Notes under the pieces: generated by a model | Told to the model about the DNA's origin: nothing | The model's database searches: none | Seen by the model: the letters and a program-made list of their open reading frames with translations, nothing else | Assembly (NCBI GenBank): GCA_964552895.1 | Contig: CAZKIJ010000002.1 | Coordinates: 1 to 38,690, forward strand | Origin: an uncultured Candidatus Saccharibacteria bacterium | GTDB lineage: Bacteria > Patescibacteriota > Saccharimonadia > Saccharimonadales > Saccharimonadaceae | Direction of reading: 5' to 3' | Length of the DNA: 38,690 bases | Shown: positions 17,995 through 25,958 of the stretch, one piece after another | Numbering within the stretch: the first letter of the stretch is position 1 | How the letters are laid out: the number at the start of each line of letters is the position of its first letter | Program-made: the position numbers and the translations under genes

Positions 17995-18060
17995 CTCCTC
18001 GTCGTGACACTTCCCTCTTCATTGCATTCATAATGCCATAAATAAAAGATATTAACAATT

Positions 18061-18120
18061 AAAAAAGCCCTGGTGGACCAGTTCGAAAACTCGTGATTCT
18101 CAGAACTGGCCCACCTGGGG
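18061..18120 (-). terminator. strong intrinsic terminator after thyX
   Basis: Minus strand CCCCAGGTGGGCCAGTTC...GAACTGGTCCACCAGGG then CTTTTTT. It begins 3 nt after the thyX stop. Confidence 0.8.
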
Positions 18121-18122
18121 AC

Positions 18123-19091
18123 TTATGTGGTGGCGAGTCGCGCCAGAACCTTCGAGAAATCGTCCTCATCCTCGATGGTTTTGCGCAACTGCATCCAGCC
18201 TAGGAAGTTACCTGAAGGCAACTTCTCTAGTGCGTGTGTCGCCTTGTCTTCATGGTGATAGGGCGTCGCCACGTGCTCGAGCGGCGACATGTGACCACGA
18301 CTTGCTAGGCTCTCGTACAGCTCGATATCCTTATCGTAGTCACGGAACCCGTCGTGGGTCAAGTAACTGACGCGACCTGCACGACCAGCACTGACTTTGC
18401 GAGCTAGTACCGGGTTCTGAGATGCCCACTCCAGCTCCTCAACGGCCTGCACTTTCCTCTCCGCGTAGGCCCAATCGTTGACGAAGTCACTACGCGGTGG
18501 CACATAACCAATGAGCGGCAAGTGCCACTCACCCTCGCAAATAAGCTTCGGTTTTGAGTGTGAGAGCGCAGCTCGCATTAGGGCTGCTGCTTTCTGAATC
18601 TCCGGTTGTGCATCCGGGTGATCACGGAGGGCAAAGAAATTCGGCCAGGCATCACCTGTTGCTGTGACGAGGACGGGATGGAACATGTAAGGCTCGAGTA
18701 GACGGTTGGCGATCTGTTTATGGATGCCGAGGTCCAGCAGTTGCAAAACGTGATCGACAGCACTGTCACGTGCTGACAACCAAATCTGAACTGCTTTTTC
18801 TTGATCTTCCTTACTGATCTCATTCTCGGCCTGCATGCCTTTCTGGGCAGCCCCCCAGTGGATGGGGATAAACGGATCTAGGTCGACCCGCTCAAGCTGC
18901 TTCTTGACCGGAATGGCTCGGCTGCTGGCCGAGTTACGGCTGAGCATTCTGTGGGTGTTGAACTCCGCAAGGACGAATCGCGGAAATGTCACTTGTAAAG
19001 TGGTCAGCCGTGCGCCTGCCTCAGAGACCGAGTCGGCGATGACACGTGCGTCGTAGACCAATTTCTCGGTCTCCTCTCGATTTTTGGGCAA
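18123..19091 (-). CDS. thyX: FAD-dependent thymidylate synthase ThyX (long, THR-variant motif)
   Basis: ThyX signature region FNTHRMLSRNSASSRAIP and C-terminal MSPLEHV. The longest form starts at TTG 19091. GAGGAG-N9-TTG favours 19061. Confidence 0.75.
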   Translation of the reverse strand: MPKNREETEKLVYDARVIADSVSEAGARLTTLQVTFPRFVLAEFNTHRMLSRNSASSRAIPVKKQLERVDLDPFIPIHWGAAQKGMQAENEISKEDQEKAVQIWLSARDSAVDHVLQLLDLGIHKQIANRLLEPYMFHPVLVTATGDAWPNFFALRDHPDAQPEIQKAAALMRAALSHSKPKLICEGEWHLPLIGYVPPRSDFVNDWAYAERKVQAVEELEWASQNPVLARKVSAGRAGRVSYLTHDGFRDYDKDIELYESLASRGHMSPLEHVATPYHHEDKATHALEKLPSGNFLGWMQLRKTIEDEDDFSKVLARLATT

Positions 19092-19242
19092 ACTCTTTAA
19101 CGTTCAGCCCACCATTGATTATTCTATAAAAATATAATGAAAACCGCTACCATAAGCTTGACGGTGGTGCTATACTTTGAGTAGCGACTTCTAAACACCA
19201 AAAGCTGCGACACATACAAACGTAACATAAAAAGGATAGGAT

Positions 19243-19779
19243 ATGGCGATTGGAGAACGCCCATCGGCATTAACAAAACTTGGTATTGATAGTGACGAGC
19301 GTAACGAAGCTTTAAAAAAATCGATATCTCTCATTAAACAATCAGAAGAATTCATTGTTGAAGACCGTCACTATAGTCATTTAGCTCCACGTGCTATTGA
19401 GAATTTTTTTGGCGTGTCCCATCTCCGTGCACGTGGTGCCGTTGTCACCCAAATTGGTGACTTTAGCCGAGAACAAAAAAATAATTTCCATAGCATTTAC
19501 CTAGGAGATCTTAATCGATTTGCCAGAACGTCTCTGTATGATCCTTACGAAGGTGTTCAGTCACGAGAACAACTAGACCGTTTAGTCAGACGATATGGGA
19601 ATACTCTGTTGTCAGCGTGTGTACTTGAATTTGGTATTACAGATCTCACCACGTTGAGACAAGCGCGAAAAGACCCGATTGCTTTTATTGAAGCGGAAGC
19701 TACGGTAGAAGAAGGTCGGGATGAGGTGCTTGAGGTTATTACTGAACCAATCAAAGTAGCACTTGGATTGGCCGCATAA
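19243..19779 (+). CDS. hypothetical protein (178 aa)
   Basis: AAGGA RBS 6 nt before the ATG. The terminator follows immediately. No family recognised. Confidence 0.6.
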   Translation: MAIGERPSALTKLGIDSDERNEALKKSISLIKQSEEFIVEDRHYSHLAPRAIENFFGVSHLRARGAVVTQIGDFSREQKNNFHSIYLGDLNRFARTSLYDPYEGVQSREQLDRLVRRYGNTLLSACVLEFGITDLTTLRQARKDPIAFIEAEATVEEGRDEVLEVITEPIKVALGLAA

Positions 19780-19812
19780 TAAAAACTCCCGCGACAAACG
19801 GGAGTTTTTATT
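19779..19812. terminator. bidirectional intrinsic terminator
   Basis: AAAAACTCCCG-cgacaaa-CGGGAGTTTTTATT between the convergent 178-aa ORF and rplA. Confidence 0.8.
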
Positions 19813-19827
19813 ATTATCACTTGTATC

Positions 19828-20817
19828 TTAGTTCATAAAATTTTCAACTTTGATACCAGGACCCATGGTTGTACTGACAGTAATAGTCTTAACGTAAGCA
19901 CCCTTGATACTCGATGGTTTTTGAGCAACTAAACTGTCAAAGAACGCTTTAGCATTTTCGGCCAACTTGCTACCGCCGAAGCTGACTTTACCGACACTCA
20001 AATGCACGATAGCCTGCTTGTCAACGCGGTACTCAACTTTACCGGCTTTTGCCTCAGTTACGGCTTTGGCAACATCCGTCGCAACAGTACCAGCTTTAGG
20101 GTTTGGCATCAAACCGCGCGGGCCCAATAAACGAGCGAATTTACCAAGGCGTGGCATGTAAGCTGGCGTTGCGATTAAGATATCAAAATCAAGAACTTCT
20201 TTATCGAGTTGGGCGAGGAAGGTTTCATCACCGGCGACATCAGCACCAGCTTTGGTAGCGGCAGCATGATCACCTTCTGGCGCGAAGACAGCCACGCGAA
20301 TGGTTTTACCGGTACCGTTTGGCAAGCTGACAGTGGCGCGGACGTTTTGGTCGGCTTGACGTGGATCAACGCCGAGACGAACATGTACTTCAACGCTGGC
20401 GTCAAACTTAGCCGGATTTGTCTTGCTGGCAAGTTCGAGTGCGTCGTTCAAGCTGTATAACTTGCTGGCATCAACATGTTCGGCTACTTTGCGGTAACCT
20501 TTGCCACGACGCTCAATCAATGGACGAGTGACAGGCTTTGGACCTTTTTTCACAACGGCTTCGGTACCATCGGCTGGTGCGGTGTCGCCAGCTTCTTTAC
20601 GGGCTTGGCGTTCAGCTTCTTCGGAAGCTTCACGAATGGCTTTTTCGCTGCGTTTACCAGCCTTGGCTGTTTTTACGGCCTCAGTCGTTTCGGTATGTTC
20701 AGTTTTCTTAATAGGAGCGTGAGCAATGGCCGCTTCAATTTCAACAATCGTGTTCTTTTCGGTTACTTCTAAACCGAGTTCATGTGCCTGCGCTAACAGG
20801 TCGGCTTTTTTTGCCAT
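19828..20817 (-). CDS. rplA: 50S ribosomal protein L1 with ~100-aa N-terminal extension
   Basis: The L1 core starts near residue 104 ([26 protein letters not shown]...; [17 protein letters not shown]; [14 protein letters not shown]). It is preceded by a helix-extended-helix-like motif and a K/E/A/T-rich linker. Confidence 0.9.
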   Translation of the reverse strand: MAKKADLLAQAHELGLEVTEKNTIVEIEAAIAHAPIKKTEHTETTEAVKTAKAGKRSEKAIREASEEAERQARKEAGDTAPADGTEAVVKKGPKPVTRPLIERRGKGYRKVAEHVDASKLYSLNDALELASKTNPAKFDASVEVHVRLGVDPRQADQNVRATVSLPNGTGKTIRVAVFAPEGDHAAATKAGADVAGDETFLAQLDKEVLDFDILIATPAYMPRLGKFARLLGPRGLMPNPKAGTVATDVAKAVTEAKAGKVEYRVDKQAIVHLSVGKVSFGGSKLAENAKAFFDSLVAQKPSSIKGAYVKTITVSTTMGPGIKVENFMN

Positions 20818-20895
20818 AGGTTATAAACCCTTTCTGTGGTCCAAGCGGCAGTTGTTCTGCCTCCCAACATTGATTTTATTGGTGTGATTATAGCA
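20818..20895 (-). promoter_or_regulatory. rplA-specific extended -10 promoter and leader with an L1-binding-site-like element
   Basis: Minus strand TGCTATAAT (20887-20895). The leader contains GGGAGGCAGaacaaCTGCCGCTTGGACC (20838-20865), which resembles the 23S L1-stalk sequence GGGAGGC...GCCGACC as I recall it. Confidence 0.45.
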
Positions 20896-20923
20896 TATTT
20901 TACTTTAAAGGTACAGGTGTATA

Positions 20924-21343
20924 ATGAATATGATTATGGGAGAAATCAATACGAACACATCACCTGACATGTCAGCATTTAAGTATCCCATTGGGGCAAT
21001 GGATGTTGACGAAGTGCGTTACGAGACAAACAATGTGATGCTATCGTATTTTGATAATAGACAAGAGGTAGTAGATATATGGTGGAACGCGCCAAATCCA
21101 CGGCTTGATGGTAAAACACCTGCAAGCATGCTTCATGCCGACCCAAGTCTTTTCCCAAATGCGCACAACATGGTGTTTGAAGTTGCCCGTACTTTTTCAA
21201 GCTGGAAACCGCCACGATCCGACGAAGTTGATGCAATGTTCACCGTTGACGCTGAAAATGAGGCCCAGAAGCCTGTTGAGCAGCCACACGGTGCGCGTAT
21301 TATACGCATTGCTAAAGCAATTATCCTCCGCTCGGTTAACTAG
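20924..21343 (+). CDS. DUF2384 (Xre/MbcA/ParS antitoxin C-terminal)-like domain protein
   Basis: The segment FDNRQEVVDIWWNAPNPRLDGKTPASML resembles the W..PNP.LgG.tP core of the DUF2384 family. Three in-frame ATGs (20924/20930/20936) overlap or follow a TATAAT at 20920-20925. Confidence 0.45.
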   Translation: MNMIMGEINTNTSPDMSAFKYPIGAMDVDEVRYETNNVMLSYFDNRQEVVDIWWNAPNPRLDGKTPASMLHADPSLFPNAHNMVFEVARTFSSWKPPRSDEVDAMFTVDAENEAQKPVEQPHGARIIRIAKAIILRSVN

Positions 21344-21382
21344 CTTGCTTTCTCTTATCATTCCGCTTATGATGAGGGCACT

Positions 21383-23047
21383 ATGGAAGACTTAAAAGCA
21401 CATATTGTCACGTCCGGTTTCACGGGAGAGTTGGATGATTCAAAAGAAAAAAGAGAAGCATTTTCACATGACGCCTCAATGTTTGAGATTGTTCCGGCAT
21501 TAGTCGTTGCTCCTCGATCTGCGAGTGATATAGAAAAACTCGTGAAATTTGTTGCTGATAATAAAAAAACTCATCCCCACCTATCACTAACCGCTCGTAG
21601 TGCGGGGACAGACATGTCGGGTGCGGCTATCAATGATTCAATTATTGTCGATTTTCGAGCTCACTTAAACAAACTTATTAAAGTAGATAATAAAAAAGCA
21701 ACCGTTCAGCCCGGGATGCTTTTCAAAGATTTTGATCTAGAGACGGCTAAATATGACGCACTGTTGCCATCCTACCCTGCGAGTCGTGATCTCGCATCAG
21801 TTGGTGGTATGGTCAATAATAACTCTGGTGGCGAAAAGTCACTGGAATTTGGTAAAACCGATTTGTACGTTCCTCGACTAAAGTTCGTCTTCGCTGATGG
21901 GATTGAGCGTGTCGTCACTCCCCTTAACCGGACTCAATTGATTGCGAAAATGGCGCAAAAGGACTTTGAAGGTAGCGTATACAAACAGCTGTTTGACCTA
22001 CTTGAAAAAAATTACGATACGATAAAGGCCGCCAAGCCACACGTGAGCAAAGATTCAACGGGGTATCATCTATGGAATATTTGGGATCGTGAAACTGGCA
22101 TTTTTGATTTGACAAAAGCCATTGTGGGTGCCCAGGGGACGCTTGGTTTTGTTACTGAAGCTACTTTTAAACTGGTACCTCGACCACAACACTCAGGATT
22201 GCTGGTATTATTTATGCGCGATATCGATGGCCTCGGTGAGTTGATCAACACTGTTATGAGTCATAAGCCAGCCACATTTGAAGGCTTTGATGATCAAACG
22301 CTCTTACTCAGCTTGAAATTTATGCCGAGTTTCCTTCAAATGCTTGGTCCAATCAAATTCATTCACCTCTTACTAACGCTTATCCCTGACGGTTTCCAAT
22401 TACTAAAAGGCTTCCCGAAATTGGTTTTAATGGTTGAATTTACTGGAACCACAGAAGCCGAAGTTCGTCAGAAAATAGTCGCCCTGCACAAAGACCTTAA
22501 ACCTTATAGAGCTCGTTACGAAATTAATGGCTTTGAAGAAGACCCTACCGAGGCCGCAAGTGAAAAGTTTTGGGTGATGCGTCGTAACAGCTTCAAGCTG
22601 CTTCGCAGTAAGGTAAAAGATAAACACACGGCGCCATTTATTGATGATTTTATTGTTAATCCCGAGCATTTACCTGAATTCTTACCAAAAATTCGCAAAA
22701 TCATTAAGAAATACAAATTGTTTGCAACCATAGCTGGGCACATGGGCGATGGTAACTTCCATATTATTCCACTCATGAAGCTGGAAGACCCGAAAGATCG
22801 TAAAAAATTATTACCAGCCATGAAAGAGGTCGATGAACTTGTCCTGAAATACAAGGGCTCATTAAGCGGTGAGCATAATGATGGATTGGTTCGTGGGCCA
22901 TGGCTTGAACAACAATACGGCAAACAGGTGGTTGACTTGTTTCGTGAGACGAAAGATATTTTCGATCCTCAGCATATTTTCAATCCACACAAAAAAGCCA
23001 ACGCGACGTGGGATTATAGTTTTTCACATATACGAGACCATTTTTAA
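21383..23047 (+). CDS. FAD-linked oxidase (GlcD/D-lactate dehydrogenase-like, FAD_binding_4 + C-terminal domain)
   Basis: PCMH-type FAD domain (LTARSAGTDMSGAA, VQPGM, SVGGMVNNNSGG), C-terminal GSLSGEHNDGLVR and IFDPQHIFNP. Confidence 0.8.
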   Translation: MEDLKAHIVTSGFTGELDDSKEKREAFSHDASMFEIVPALVVAPRSASDIEKLVKFVADNKKTHPHLSLTARSAGTDMSGAAINDSIIVDFRAHLNKLIKVDNKKATVQPGMLFKDFDLETAKYDALLPSYPASRDLASVGGMVNNNSGGEKSLEFGKTDLYVPRLKFVFADGIERVVTPLNRTQLIAKMAQKDFEGSVYKQLFDLLEKNYDTIKAAKPHVSKDSTGYHLWNIWDRETGIFDLTKAIVGAQGTLGFVTEATFKLVPRPQHSGLLVLFMRDIDGLGELINTVMSHKPATFEGFDDQTLLLSLKFMPSFLQMLGPIKFIHLLLTLIPDGFQLLKGFPKLVLMVEFTGTTEAEVRQKIVALHKDLKPYRARYEINGFEEDPTEAASEKFWVMRRNSFKLLRSKVKDKHTAPFIDDFIVNPEHLPEFLPKIRKIIKKYKLFATIAGHMGDGNFHIIPLMKLEDPKDRKKLLPAMKEVDELVLKYKGSLSGEHNDGLVRGPWLEQQYGKQVVDLFRETKDIFDPQHIFNPHKKANATWDYSFSHIRDHF

Positions 23048-23051
23048 TAAT

Positions 23052-23082
23052 AAAAAACCGCTCAGAACGAGCGGTTTTTTTT
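23052..23082. terminator. bidirectional intrinsic terminator
   Basis: AAAAAACCGCTC-agaac-GAGCGGTTTTTTTT between the convergent oxidase gene and rplK. Confidence 0.85.
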
Positions 23083-23093
23083 GTAAGAATGGC

Positions 23094-23522
23094 TTATTCC
23101 GTAACATCGACACCCATTGAGCGGGCAGTTCCAGCGATGACCTTAATGCGGCCTTCTTCGTCGATGGCATTCAGTTGGTCTTTTTTGACTTCAGCAATTT
23201 CTGCTAATTGAGCGCGGCTAATTTTACCTACTTTGTCACTGTGTGACTTGGCACTCCCTTTTTGAATACCGACTTTTTCACGGATCATGTCGTCAACTGG
23301 TTGGCCGAGACTTTTCCATTCGAACGTACGATCTTCATATACTTTGATGTGAACGATCACGTCCTTGCCCATCATATCTTTGGTAGCATCATTAAAGGGG
23401 TTAATGAAGTCCATCATGTTTAAGCCCCACTGACCTAGCGTTGAACCAACAGGTGGACCCGCTGTGGCACGGCCAGCTGGAATACGGAGTTTCAAATTAC
23501 CAATAACTTTCTTTGTCGCCAT
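23094..23522 (-). CDS. rplK: 50S ribosomal protein L11
   Basis: LKLRIPAGRATAGPPVGSTLGQWGLNMMDF is the classic L11 N-terminus. 142 aa. Confidence 0.97.
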   Translation of the reverse strand: MATKKVIGNLKLRIPAGRATAGPPVGSTLGQWGLNMMDFINPFNDATKDMMGKDVIVHIKVYEDRTFEWKSLGQPVDDMIREKVGIQKGSAKSHSDKVGKISRAQLAEIAEVKKDQLNAIDEEGRIKVIAGTARSMGVDVTE

Positions 23523-23539
23523 ATGCTTTCCTTTTTTGT

Positions 23540-23586
23540 ACTAAATAATTACGAAGCACTTTCATAATATGAAAGTTTTATTTAGT
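23540..23586. repeat. nested palindromes upstream of rplK
   Basis: Outer arms ACTAAATAA (23540-23548) / TTATTTAGT (23578-23586). The inner 19-bp perfect palindrome is ACTTTCATA-A-TATGAAAGT (23558-23576). Confidence 0.8.
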
Positions 23587-23612
23587 GCGTAACTGCATTA
23601 CTTTATCATGAA

Positions 23613-23855
23613 TTAGTCTTTTTGAACAGAGCTGAGTTTGTCAGCAATAAGTGAACTAGTGTGGATAAATTCAGCGTCTTGTTTGAAGTCTTCACCGGCT
23701 TCTGCGTAGGCTTTACTTCGTCGATTCATTTCTGTATTGAGCTTGACCAAATCGCTCGGATTATTGATTCGCATTGCAATATAAGCAATTTGGCCTAAGG
23801 ACAGGTCACGGACGTCATATTTTTTTGATTCACTGTGGTGTCGTTCAGTTTCCAC
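23613..23855 (-). CDS. hypothetical small protein (80 aa) between nusG and rplK
   Basis: GTG start 3 nt after the nusG stop (TAG-GTC-GTG). Reasonable composition. No family recognised and the RBS is weak. Confidence 0.45.
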   Translation of the reverse strand: METERHHSESKKYDVRDLSLGQIAYIAMRINNPSDLVKLNTEMNRRSKAYAEAGEDFKQDAEFIHTSSLIADKLSSVQKD

Positions 23856-23858
23856 GAC

Positions 23859-24407
23859 CTAGACTTTCTTGACTTGTAAAGCGTCCAATTCAACACTCGT
23901 GTCGCGGCCAAACATACTGACCATAACCTTTACCTTACCTTTTTGGTTGTCGATTTCAGAAATAGCGCCGTCAAAGCCTTTAAATGGACCGTCAGTAATG
24001 CTAACAACTTCACCTTCACTAAAGTCAATGAAGTGTTTTGGATCTTCAACCCCCATGCGCTTCTTGATTTTACCAATTTCTTGGTCAGAAACCGGCGTTG
24101 GTTGGGTACTTGTCCCGACAAAACCGGTAACGCCAGGGGTGTTACGCACGATGTACCATGTTTCGTCAGTTAATTTCATTTCAACCAAAACGTATCCTTG
24201 GAAAATTTTCTTTTCCACTACTTTACGTTTACCATTTTTGATTTCAATTTGCTTTTCTTTTGGTACCATGACGTCAAATATTTTGTCGGCCATATCAACT
24301 GCATTGATGCGTTGGCGAATATTGTCGGCAACTTTTTCTTCGTAGCCGCTATAGGTGTGGATCGCGTACCATTGACGTGATGAGTCGTATCGATTCTTAC
24401 TTGCCAT
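23859..24407 (-). CDS. nusG: transcription termination/antitermination factor NusG
   Basis: WYAIHTYSGYEEKV NGN domain, GYVLVEM, C-terminal KOW (GEVVSITDGPFKGFDGAISEID). Confidence 0.95.
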   Translation of the reverse strand: MASKNRYDSSRQWYAIHTYSGYEEKVADNIRQRINAVDMADKIFDVMVPKEKQIEIKNGKRKVVEKKIFQGYVLVEMKLTDETWYIVRNTPGVTGFVGTSTQPTPVSDQEIGKIKKRMGVEDPKHFIDFSEGEVVSITDGPFKGFDGAISEIDNQKGKVKVMVSMFGRDTSVELDALQVKKV

Positions 24408-24426
24408 GTCTTTATTCCTTTGTTCC

Positions 24427-24759
24427 TTACTTCAAAATAAGTTCAAATATATATTTATAAAAGATGTCGAGGAGTGAAATCAGTATGATGAAAAACATCA
24501 CAAAACCAATAACGGCGATTGTCAGGCTCCAGGTTGCTTTACGATTTGGCCAACGAACCTCGCGTAATTCGTGCCAAGCACCGACAAAATACCCACCGAG
24601 CAACACCAATGGATTTTTTCTGCGCTTAGGACGCTCTTCTTGATTGATCTTGTCTTTCACGGGCTTGTCGACGCTTAATGCCTTTTCTTTGGCTGGCCGC
24701 CCGCTTTCAGATGCCACAATTTTATGTGTCGCCACGGTGTCTCCCTTATTTCTATCCAT
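24427..24759 (-). CDS. secE: preprotein translocase subunit SecE
   Basis: C-terminal WHELREVRWPNRKATW plus a single TM, directly upstream of nusG. An alternative GTG start at 24735 has AAGGGAG-N5 and lies downstream of a TTGACA-17-TTTTAT promoter (24760-24788). Confidence 0.85.
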   Translation of the reverse strand: MDRNKGDTVATHKIVASESGRPAKEKALSVDKPVKDKINQEERPKRRKNPLVLLGGYFVGAWHELREVRWPNRKATWSLTIAVIGFVMFFIILISLLDIFYKYIFELILK

Positions 24760-24825
24760 ATAAAAAGTCTGCTGGTGCAGACTGTCAAGGTTATTGTAGC
24801 GGAACAGTGGTCACGCGTCAAGCCG

Positions 24826-24834
24826 TGATATAGT
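24826..24834 (+). promoter_or_regulatory. extended -10 (TGaTATAGT) 8 nt before ATG 24843
   Basis: TG at 24826-24827, TATAGT at 24829-24834. No SD before the GT2 start. Confidence 0.4.
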
Positions 24835-24842
24835 AGTAGAAG

Positions 24843-25958
24843 ATGTTTTTAGGGGTATTTATTGCTTTTATTTCCATTACGGTGGTTGTATGGGTGTTTA
24901 TGGCACGGCACGTTATCTATGCATTACGGCACTTTACTCTAACGCGCCCCCTCCAGCTTACAAAATCAATTGAAAAAATTCCAAGTGTATCAGTTTGCAT
25001 TCCTGCTCGTAACGAAATGCATGCCATGACGGAGTGTCTAGAATCAGTTTTAAAAAGCGATTATCCAAAGATGGAAGTGATTGTACTAGATGACCGATCA
25101 GAGGATACGACGTCGACGTTAGTAAAAGCCTTTGCTCATGAGGGCGTCCGTTTTGTTGAGGGTAAAAAGATACCGTTAGGATGGCTAGGTAAAAATTATG
25201 CACTCCAAGCGCTTCTTAATGAAGCTAGTGGCACGTATATATTGTTTATGGACGTCGACACCCGTTTACAGCCAGGTTCGATTAGTCAAATGATGTCATA
25301 CATGCTGTCTGAAAAAGCCACCATGCTTTCAGTGATGCCGCGACGCGAGGACGGCTGGCGCGCTAGTGTTATTTTCGCTCCTCTTCGCTATTTCTGGGAA
25401 ATCGTTTTTCATAGCCGTACAACGCCAGCAACGGCAAGTAATGCCTGGATTATAAAGCGTCAGGAACTGATTGACGGCTTTGAGCCCTACAAATCGGCAA
25501 TTCAACCGGAATCAAAGCTCGCGAGCCGTTTTATGGCGCAACATACGTATCGTTTCTTGTTAAGTCATTCTGTCGTCGGGGTATCATATGCAAAAAAATG
25601 GTCGTCGCAAATAGAGACAAGTATCCGCCTTCTTTACCCACTCCTCGGTAGCCAGGTTGTGCGCTGCATTGGCGCGTTAATAGCATTATTATTTTTACTA
25701 ACTCCTTCCATCGTGCTCATTGATACGATACAAACCGGCTGGACATTTATGCAGACCATATGTATGATTATCGCCGTCGCCTATACGCTGCTTTATGGTG
25801 TTTATCTCAAACAAGTGTGGCGACGTGGTTGGTGGCTAGGGGCACTCCTGTGGCCAGTAATCATCGTCCAAGAGTTTTTCCTTATTGTCTTTAGCATCGA
25901 ACGCTATTTGACAAAGACGGTGACATGGAAAGGACGCCCCGTCGTTACTCGCTCTTGA
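24843..25958 (+). CDS. family 2 glycosyltransferase with N- and C-terminal TM segments
   Basis: VSVCIPARNE...VIVLDDRSEDTT...FMDVDT (DxD) typical of GT2. Hydrophobic C-terminal third. Confidence 0.8.
   Translation: MFLGVFIAFISITVVVWVFMARHVIYALRHFTLTRPLQLTKSIEKIPSVSVCIPARNEMHAMTECLESVLKSDYPKMEVIVLDDRSEDTTSTLVKAFAHEGVRFVEGKKIPLGWLGKNYALQALLNEASGTYILFMDVDTRLQPGSISQMMSYMLSEKATMLSVMPRREDGWRASVIFAPLRYFWEIVFHSRTTPATASNAWIIKRQELIDGFEPYKSAIQPESKLASRFMAQHTYRFLLSHSVVGVSYAKKWSSQIETSIRLLYPLLGSQVVRCIGALIALLFLLTPSIVLIDTIQTGWTFMQTICMIIAVAYTLLYGVYLKQVWRRGWWLGALLWPVIIVQEFFLIVFSIERYLTKTVTWKGRPVVTRS

Noticed and set aside
17470-18033. 187-aa plus-strand ORF antisense to dcd, plus nested 62-78-aa ORFs
   Set aside because: The minus frame carries clear dCTP-deaminase motifs. 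The plus ORF has no start context and runs into the dcd upstream region.
23558-23576. A dif/Xer recombination site, suggested by TTTCATAATATGAAA
   Set aside because: The two arms are separated by only 1 nt, whereas Xer sites need a 6-8-bp central region, and the arm orientation does not match difH/difSL-type sites as I recall them.
24766-24783. Terminator-like hairpin AGTCTGC-acca-GCAGACT + T5 immediately upstream of the secE ATG
   Set aside because: There is no upstream co-directional gene to terminate. It falls exactly in the 17-nt spacer of a TTGACA/TTTTAT promoter, so I treat it as promoter spacer sequence. It does argue for the GTG 24735 start of secE.
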